Origin: Octopus bimaculoides
Lineage: Eukaryota
Direction of reading: 5' to 3'
DNA: 64,000 nucleotides
NCBI RefSeq assembly: GCF_001194135.2
Contig: NC_068995.1
Location: 55,489,188-55,553,187 of the forward strand
Below, piece by piece: positions 55,177 through 64,000 of the stretch. The translations under genes and the position numbers were made by a program. The notes under the pieces are model-generated. The model was not told the origin of the DNA and made no database searches. It was given only the letters and a program-made list of their open reading frames with translations. Positions within the stretch are counted from its first letter, which is position 1, and each line of letters begins with the position of its first letter.

Positions 55177-55370
55177 TTACTCTTTGACTTGTTTCAGTAA
55201 TTTGAATGTGGCCATGCTGGAGCGCCGGCTTTAGTCGAGCAAATCGACCCCAGGACTTATTCTTTGTAAGCCTGGAACTTATTGTATCGGTCAATTTTGC
55301 CGAACCGCAAAGTTACGGGGACGTAAACACACCAGCATCGGTTGTCAAGTGATGTTGGAGGGACAAACAC
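55177..55370 (-). mobile_element. SINE family A, 3' body
   Basis: ttgtttcag..tggccatgctggagc..ttagtcgagcaaatcgaccccaggacttattcttt..gccgaaccgc..gtaaacacaccagcatcggttgtcaag is close to the reverse complement of 10480-10655. Confidence 0.9.
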
Positions 55371-55737
55371 AGACACACAAACACATACATACATACAAAA
55401 TGCTCACCATAATTGGTCCCGGTTGAGTTCAATTTCAATGTTGATCTCGGCAGGATTTTAATTCGGACACGTACAGAGTTGCAAAATGATTCATTTTAGC
55501 ATAGTCTGGGAACGAGTTTTGAAATCTGGTGAAGGTTTTTAATCGATATCGATGACTTCAACATGTCACAGATAAATATTTTAGGGAATTTAAGAAAGAA
55601 AAACAACGAGCTGTGGCATGATCCGAACACAACGCGTAAAGAAACATAATTAAATATCATGGCACGCTTTACTGTAATTACATTAAATAATAATAGTAGC
55701 ATTTGTCATAATAAATAACAATAATGATGATAATGAC

Positions 55738-55778
<41 letters not shown>

Positions 55779-56147
55779 CGATGATGGTGATGATGACGAT
55801 AACAGCAATAGCACTAGCGATAGTTATAGTAGTAGTAGTAATAATAATATTCATTTTCATTAAATATTCATTATTTCTAGAGGAAATTAGCTTATTTGTG
55901 TAGCTTTTTTTTTGGCTTTTGTTTTCATTTATTGCTGTTTGTTTAATTCTGTTTTCTTATCATTTTCCGCCATTTTAAACACATTACATTCATAACACTT
56001 TAAAAGTAATTTACATATTCTATTAAATTCATTTAATTTACAACGAAAAGAAATATTTCAAATATTAAACGTTAATTGAATTGCATTTGTAACAGTCATC
56101 TATTTATAAGTTAATCTGTTTTCTGATAGTTTGGCAATTTACTCTTT

Positions 56148-56181
<34 letters not shown>

Positions 56182-56471
56182 CTATCAATCTATCTATCTC
56201 TTTCTCTCTCTGTCTCCATATGTATGCGCATGTGCATGAGCATGTGCATTTGCATGTGCTGTGTATTCACGCGCGAGTATATGTCAGTGTGTTTCTGGTA
56301 TACAATTGTTCATGACTGCGACAACGTAAAAAAAAAAAAATTATGCATACATATACGCATGGTGCACTTGTGTGTTTAGATATATGTGTGTCTCTTTGTA
56401 TGTATATGTGTGAGTGCGTGCATATATGCAAGTTAGTGCATGCTTTTCTGATTATATTTGCATACGCAAAC

Positions 56472-56518
<47 letters not shown>

Positions 56519-57589
56519 TATGAGTGAATGTGTGTATGAATTTGAAGTAATATCGATCGCTTTTTATAAAAATTCAGAAATGATGTTTGTCTTTTTCTCG
56601 GCTCTTTTGCTTCTGTTTATGCAGCTTGTGTTTTAAAGACATCTTGATTCGTGACCTAATCTAAAACATAAATAAATACACAAATTAAAAGAAATAAAAA
56701 TATTAAAACAAATGAAGAATTGTAATGAGACATTTCTTTCACGTTTGTCTTTATAATTAAATTAGTTGAAGTTACAATATATCAATATTATTTTGTTTCA
56801 GGTATGTGTGTATGCGCGTTTGTGTGTGTATACGTGTATGCGCGTACGCATATATATATATACGTGATTCTATATATGCGTACATAGATCATAGATATAA
56901 ACGTGCGATGCAGGAGTACATCTTAAAGTCTTCTGAAAATGAATTATTTGTCAGTGAAAGGTTTTTCATATATAATGTAAAAGCAGGAGCTATGACAACA
57001 ATATCGCTGTAAACGATGACATTAAACACAAAATCGGAATCTCGAATATATCATACAAAATAGATATGTATATATTATTTAAGCCAAGATATATATATAT
57101 ATAGCTGAGTTAAAATTTAAAATAACCGTCCAAGGGACAGAAGTATCCCTTATACTCTTGGTATATTACCAATGTTTAACCATGGGCATACATATGCAAG
57201 CATATTATGCTCATAAATTATAGGTAAAGACAAGGATATACATGAGTTTATCAAGAATCGAAATTTAAAGAAAACAGAAAATGGAGAAATATTGATGAAA
57301 AACAATTGACTTACATCAATTATTATTTATTAATTCAATACAAATAGACTGCATCCCTTCTAACAGTTGTTTTCTGTCCCTAAAATCTTACAATTTTAAT
57401 ATGATGCAAATGTAAAACCGCTGAAGTGTATAAACTCAAGATAAAAGTGTTAGCGTTTTTCGATTAGGGAATGGAATTTGAAATCAGAATACACTGAGCC
57501 GCAAAGATATTGCAAGACATGATGCTTATCTCTGACACGCAAACAATTTCTCTTGAATGAAAATTTATCTTGACTTCAAAAGAATGAAA

Positions 57590-57695
57590 TATTAAACTGA
57601 CCGCTCCGAGATTTGAACTCAATGCACACAGATGCGGAACATATATCACACTGGATTCTGTCTGAAACTCTAACTGTGTCCGCCAATTCGTAGCC
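57590..57695 (-). mobile_element. SINE family B, degenerate head
   Basis: gagatttgaactca..ctaactgtgtccgccaattcgtagcc matches the reverse complement of the B head. Confidence 0.45.
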
Positions 57696-58314
57696 AGGAA
57701 AGTATAAATAGATAGTTGGAGAGAGAGAGAGAGAGAGAGACAGTGACAGAGAGACAGAGAGAGACAGAGACAGAGACAGAGAGGGAAAGAGAGATACATA
57801 GATAAAGATAGATAGAGAGATAGAGAGAGAAAGAGAAAGAGGGAGAGAGAAAGAGAGATAGCCACAGAGATAGATAGACAGATGTGCGTGTGCGTGCGTG
57901 TGTGCGCGCGCGCGTATATGCCTTGCTTGCTTCCAGACGTTTTCTATGACAAATATTAAACGTAACATTACTTCATTTATTTTCCATTTACAACACGTGC
58001 ATATTCGGTTCCCATCAGCGCAGTGTTCTTTTATGTTTTAAGCTGTTTACTGTACAAGAAAGTGCCTTCCCTCAGTCACATTAATGAGAAATTTAATGTT
58101 TTCTTGCCACTTATGGTATTTCCTCAAATATTTAAATAATTGTTCTATCAACAAATTTTGATATTATCGAACATCTGCTTCAAACATCAATATCGTCATA
58201 ATGTAGAAACGTTAGATTTATAAAGCCAGCGGAAATCTGAGGCGCGATTTCGTTTCTCAGCAGAATCACTTCACATCGCCTGTCTTTTATCAATTACTTG
58301 TTTCCCTCATTAGA

Positions 58315-58420
58315 TTACGGCCATGCTGGGGCACTGCATTGAAGAATGTTAGTCGAACGAATCGGCCAAAGTACTTATTTTTTAGAATGACTGGTACTCA
58401 CTCTATTGGTATTCTGAGAT
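58315..58420 (-). mobile_element. SINE family A, partial 3' body
   Basis: cggccatgctggggcactgc..ttagtcgaacgaatcg..ctggtactcactctattggt. Confidence 0.6.
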
Positions 58421-59779
58421 TGGTGGTACGAATACAGGAAGTAATCCTGCAATACATGCAAAAGGAACGCTTCTTCATAAACACCGAACACCAAGGATTC
58501 CATGTGAAACTGGATTCCAGATTGAGTATATAAACCACGAGCAAGAGCAGTTGTTCAGACAGACATCTACACTTTTTGTTTATTTAATTTCAATTGCGAC
58601 CTGTCGATCGAACATTTGACTGTATTAAATGAAACTTGCCAAATGGGTTGCGAGGTAGAACGACACGGTTGCAATTCGAGCTCCGAAACCATACAACCAT
58701 GCCTTCGCCCATTTAACGTTGTCGATGTCGTTATTGTTGTGTCACGGTAGCTGTTCTCAGAACAACTGATGTCGTCATTGATAATACTGTTTGAGTAATC
58801 AATGTTATCCACAATATATTTTCTATATTTTTGCAGTGCTTTCGATAATATATAATTCTTTTCTCTCATATATCAGGTCAGACGTTAATTGACCTCACAC
58901 CACATCTTTCTTCATTTCTTCCAGTAACTTCTCTAGAAGAGGCGAAACAAAAATAGCCATCTTTGATTTCCTTCTAGCTATACAGCTCGTATGTAATAAA
59001 TAGCTTCTAATTCCTTCTATTGAAGAATTCCTTTCTGCAAGGAATCCAATCAGCCTTTCCATTACCTCTTATCTTTGAGATATAAACTTACAATTATAAC
59101 TCACACTTTTCTTGTCGATGCAGAAATCCATCCAATATTTCAAAAGGCCAAACCGTACGTATTTTACCACGCCGGAAGCAATCACTATATACGTTCATTT
59201 GCAATCGTAGTAAATATGTATATAATAAGACTACTAAACACACGCAACAAAAGAAGGAAAAAAAATTTCTATACAAATAAATACAACACATCTGTGTACG
59301 TGAATACGTATTGAACGTATATGATACTCAAAGATTTATAGTATTCTTAGATTAGGATTTCTTAGCTTCTTTCGGTGGTTTTAGGTCTATTGAAGTTGCA
59401 GGTGAATCAGAGGATGTGGGATTACGCTTTATATTCTATTGGGGAAACTGATCTCTCGAACAAGATGCTCCATGGCACATAAACTGTAAGTACAATACCT
59501 CATCGAAAACTCTAATTCATATCTAATCGACTCAAAACTATTCAAGAATGCACATGCAAAAGTCGCAGTGCAAACAAACCCAGGCAATCACAAATACGAA
59601 ATAAACTCATTAACTATTCGCACATGCTCTTTTACATTCACTAGAAATAGCAAATAATTATTCTTCAAATCACCTCTCATTTGCGTAATAAACTAAATTT
59701 TGGATAATGTAGTTATGAATGAATGTATATCACCATCATCATAACTGAGGGTTGAGGGGTTCAGACGCAGCCTCCACCC

Positions 59780-60060
59780 CTTGCAAAACACTGCGTTTTC
59801 TTATTCCTCCCGCCAAGATTTTCCAGGTTAGTCCCTCATGTCTTTCACCCTCTTCGTCTTTGTTACTGCGAGCTTCTTTTCCTTCCACCGAGCTCCTGGG
59901 ATGAAAAAACAGAGCTTCCGAACCACAATAACGGGACTAAAATGTTGCAGATTCCACCGTATGACTCTCCTTATCAGAAATTGGTCTGCCCTCAACTATT
60001 CCAAGACAAAATCGTTCATTCTGCGGATCACCCAACGGATCCGCAGTACATCATCTTGAA
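59780..60060 (-). mobile_element. Possible RTE-type LINE 3' relic
   Basis: GC-richer island. Minus frame RRVIRWNLQHF...KRVKDMRD*PGKSWREE...WRLRL loosely fits an RTE C-terminus. Confidence 0.25.
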
Positions 60061-60903
60061 CGCTCTTAGTCACTAATTGTTAGCCTTAACTTAACATCCT
60101 TGCCTCACACCCATATGCTGCTCTGCCCTGCATATCAGGGTTGTTTAGAAGATTCATTTGATGTTTTAGATTAGTAGTAGTTAGTGCGATTACAAACACA
60201 GAAGTACTAACAACCCACATCAGCTAAAAAATTTAAGATGGAATGGTCATAACAGGAAAATCTTTGATCATAGGTCCGTTGAGACGAAAACTGAGTATAT
60301 TCAAAACAACGACAAGAACAACAAAAGCTCTTGGTTTAGAATTCATTTTCATTTTGTGCTGTTTCGTGTCTTCGAATCTTTTACAATGAGGACAATTGCT
60401 CAAGGTTGAAATATCTTGCAGGGTCTCTAAGCATAAAAGCAAATCACTTTGAATGCGGCTTCTGTAATAAGACGGAGACGATTGAGAAACCAATCATCAT
60501 AAATATTCTTCAATGAGAAACCAATCATCACAATCTTCAAGTGTATTGGGTTTCGCTATTTACCCCGCTTTTTTATTTCTTCTTAGGATTTTCTCTAATT
60601 CTGTTTTGATCCATTTCTTCCAGACTTTTCCCAAAACAAATTGCTTTCAGGTTCTTTTCTCATTAATTTACAGCAGGGGAGACTTTTTTTGGAGAAAAAA
60701 AAAACAGTTTTCTCCCCTTTTTGTCATTTACATGTGCGGGTACACACACACACATACACACACACATACATACATACNNNNNNNNNNNNNNNNNNNNNNN
60801 NNNNNNNNNNNNNNNNNNNNNNNNNNNNNNNNNNNNNNNNNNNNNNNNNNTATATGTACATATATATACACAAGCACTTATATCTATGTATGTATATATA
60901 CAC

Positions 60904-60940
<37 letters not shown>

Positions 60941-61780
60941 TGTATCCAGTTTAAATCTTCTAAAGGCAATTACTTGTTTTCTCCACTTACAATAACATAT
61001 GAGAAATAATAGTACACCTAAACGTTTAACTTTTTTTTTTACGACTGTTTCTTTTGAACGAAATATTCTTTTCATATTTTTTTTTTCCATTGATATTTAT
61101 TCTTTATAATTTTCTTATTTTTTTCCCGGCGCGTGTACGTGTTCCATCATTACTTCTTCCTTTTGTATGTTGCTGGATTATTTTCTAATAGCTTTTGGCT
61201 ACTACGTCAACAACAACACCCACCACCATCCTTATTACCATCGTTCTTGTCATCATTGTCGTCATCGTCATCATAAGCAGCAGCAGTAGCAGTAGCAGTA
61301 TCGTTATCATCATAACAGTCATCTTCATAAATTTTTTACGGCTTGAAGTGCTGTTATTTTTTTCCGTATTTATCACCCACGACCTCACCAATTACAGAAC
61401 AACTACAATTAGAAGACTATAAATATCTGGAGGGAAAAAAATATTATCTGTTGAACCAATCCTTATACTTAACATATTTTACCGATTACCTGAAAATGAA
61501 AGGAGAAAATTTATCTCGATAAGATTTGAACAGAACTGAAAGAAACGGCAATAAATCTTCTTTTTTTTCCTTCTTAACCGATTCCACTAAACACTATCCT
61601 GAAAAGTGGTTTATGGCATTCATATAGGTCCAAAATTTAATATGCATCGATTAAACTAATAATCGACTGATAATAATCTTTACTATTTCTGGAAGGAACC
61701 AAAATCGGTTGTTGAGCGATGGGGAGACGGAAAAACACAGACATATATACGTACATATATATATATGCATCTATATATAA

Positions 61781-61915
61781 GACAGGCTTCCCCGCAGTTT
61801 CCGTCGACAAGACTTGCTAACAAGACATTGATCTGGCCGGAGCCATAGTAGAAGATATTTTCCCAAGGTGCTGCGCAGTGGGATTGAAATTGAAACCACA
61901 TGACTGCAAAGCAAA
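61781..61915 (-). mobile_element. SINE family A, 5' half
   Basis: gacaggcttc..cagtttccgtcgac..catagtagaagatattttcccaaggtgctgcgcagtgggattgaa..gaaaccacatg. Confidence 0.8.
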
Positions 61916-62019
61916 CTGTAAGTAGAAACAACGCTGCCTGACGTTTTCTTGCAACTTCCTGTGCCGAGCTGCAAGCTACCAACTTACCCAAGAACATCCA
62001 TGCCACTGTCAAAGAGAAT

Positions 62020-62150
62020 AAAAATTAGACATTGATCCTGGAATTAGATCAGAACCGTCCATATAAATACTTAGGAGTAAATGAAGCTGAAAAGAAAAAA
62101 ACTATCACAAAGATACGATGGAGAAAATTAGAAAAGAGTAATTCAAAAGT
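62020..62150 (+). mobile_element. Short LINE RT relic (YKYLG motif)
   Basis: ELDQNRPYKYLGVNEAE followed by MEKIRKE*, matching the end of the RT domain of RLE-type LINEs. Confidence 0.55.
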
Positions 62151-63441
62151 CAGATTAACAAAAGGACAAAAGCACATGACGCTATAAAGACACAATCATG
62201 AGTATAGGATTAGACAGATGTGCCAAAACTACTATATGAAGATTTAGTGAGATTAACTAAAGCTAAGAACATTAAATTAGAAGTATCTTTCTAGTTTCTT
62301 TGATGATACTGTATATTAGATTTCTATTTGTATAAGAGCCCGGAACATTGTTTGAAGTTACCTGGTTTTTCATTTCTAAGCTCATGAATTCATTTATCAT
62401 CTTCTTTATCATGTTGGAAGTGAATTTTTTAACTGAGAGAGCTTGTGCATTTATACCTATTTTTAGCATCGAGCTCCGTGTTTTATATTAATTTAACTTT
62501 TTTATCCTAACTTTTCTAAATTTTCTCTCCGTTTCGGCTGCTTTTATCGTTTCAGTCTTATCTGTTTCTAAGTATATTCTGATCTAATTCATTGTAATTA
62601 TATAAAAGTCAACAAGAAGCAGAAAACAAAACTTTGCATGGCCTTCGTTGATTACTAGACAAAAAGTATTTTGCAGTATAAATACATGAATGAATAAAAC
62701 GGGCAAAATAGTTACAAAATACAACCACAATATCATGTGAAAATAGGAGCAAGCAAATGAAAACTGATTAGTGTATTAAGGATACAAAGAAAGCTAAAAC
62801 AAGTCTTTTCTTTATATATAAGGACACAAAAACATGTATAAAGTGCAAAGTAACCATGCTTGAGAAGGCAAAACAAGGGAAATGGATTTTAGATAAAGAC
62901 AAAGCAACAGAAATGCAATAAAAAATACAAGTCAGAATCGAAACGGAATTCCAAAACACATTAAATACAAAATGCAAAGGAAAATATTTCTGTGGTCAAA
63001 ATCCTGCTAGACACGTCAGAAAAACAAACCGAGCAAGAAATACTTACAGAAATAATGAAAAAAGATGCTAAATCAATAATAGACTATATGCAACCTATAC
63101 AATGAGTCTCTTTTGGCTCTACCTGGATGTCTAGATCGAAATAGACCCGAAACACTTTCAGCGGAACCCATTGCGCGCTACTTGCTACTTCCCGTGCCGA
63201 GCTGCAAGACACCGATTTCTCCGAGAAAAACCTTGTCACCATCGAAGTGTTGTATTCTTTTCAAAAGGATATTGATCACCTCGATGTCCGTTCTGCTAGG
63301 CACCATTACACTGGTGGTACCGCTGCCGCTGCCGCTGGGCCTTCTGCTACTGCTGCTGCTGCCTCGTATTGGCAGTTCTAGTGGTGGCAGTCGTGCTGCA
63401 CTCACCGTCACAATCCGTTGTTCTTCTCTTTCTTCGATGGG

Positions 63442-63495
63442 TTAGGATTAGGATTAGGGTTAGGGTTAGGGTTAGGGTTAGGGTTAGGATTAGGA
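63442..63495 (+). repeat. Interstitial telomere-like array (TTAGGA)2(TTAGGG)5(TTAGGA)2
   Basis: Nine hexamers read directly from the sequence. Confidence 0.95.
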
Positions 63496-63596
63496 TTGCT
63501 GCTGCCGCCGCTGCCTTCGTTGCTGTTCTTGCTGTTTTGCTACCAACGACATCTGTGGCGGTGGTATTGGTGGCGGTTGTCATAGTAGGCGACGTT

Positions 63597-63656
63597 GACG
63601 TTGTGCCGCGATGTTGTGCCGCGATGTTGTGCCGCGACGTTGTGCCGCGACGTTGT
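63597..63656. repeat. 13-bp CpG-rich minisatellite (gaYgttgtgccgc) x4.6
   Basis: Units start at 63597, 63610, 63623 and 63636, with a partial unit at 63649. Confidence 0.95.
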
Positions 63657-63927
63657 TATTTCTGTTCCTACACCTCCCTCCCTCCCTCCACTCACCTCTC
63701 CTTCCAGAAAATTCTCACAGCATGTTAAGAATAAAAACAAAACAAATAGGTAAGATTTAATAAAGTAACAAACAAAAAAGCTGCCACGGAGAGCAAGCAA
63801 CAAAGTAGAAACGACCCGTTTCCTAGGATACCGGTCGCTTTAATAAAAGAGTAGTAAAATTTTCTACGAACAGTTCTCTTCTACAGACAAATAACCAAAT
63901 TTGTGTGTGATTGGAGGGCATCTTTTC

Positions 63928-64000
<73 letters not shown>
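63928..64000. repeat. (AGT)n microsatellite running off the window end
   Basis: Read directly. Confidence 0.98.

Noticed and set aside
63113-63445. vWA-like reading (LLATSRAELQDTDF...HHYTGGT) on the plus strand
   Set aside because: No MIDAS motif, the similarity is impressionistic, and comparison with the paralog at 61948 favours the opposite strand.

Overview
AT-rich eukaryotic DNA from a gapped draft assembly: 16 N-runs (about 4.5 kb), nearly all flanked by microsatellites. The extreme density of di-, tri- and tetranucleotide repeats and two abundant tRNA-derived SINE families point to a cephalopod, probably Octopus (inference). No intact protein-coding gene, rRNA, canonical tRNA or CRISPR array could be identified, and almost every ORF in the supplied track is a microsatellite or N-gap artefact. 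What can be supported is mobile-element debris: about 20 SINE copies; decayed cut-and-paste transposases (Tc1-like DD36E, Merlin/IS1595, rosa-like DD41D, possibly pogo); four R4/Dong-like LINE fragments; a HERO-like LINE end; and weak RTE-like ends. The best leads are a phase-compatible chain of minus-strand candidate exons (29.8 kb to 6.8 kb), a perfect 22-bp inverted repeat bounding a decayed coding-like island with a GDD motif (25.9-27.4 kb), an inverted bipartite R4/Dong structure at 34-35 kb, and two closely spaced inverted SINE pairs that could form dsRNA. None of these amounts to a demonstrated new biological system.
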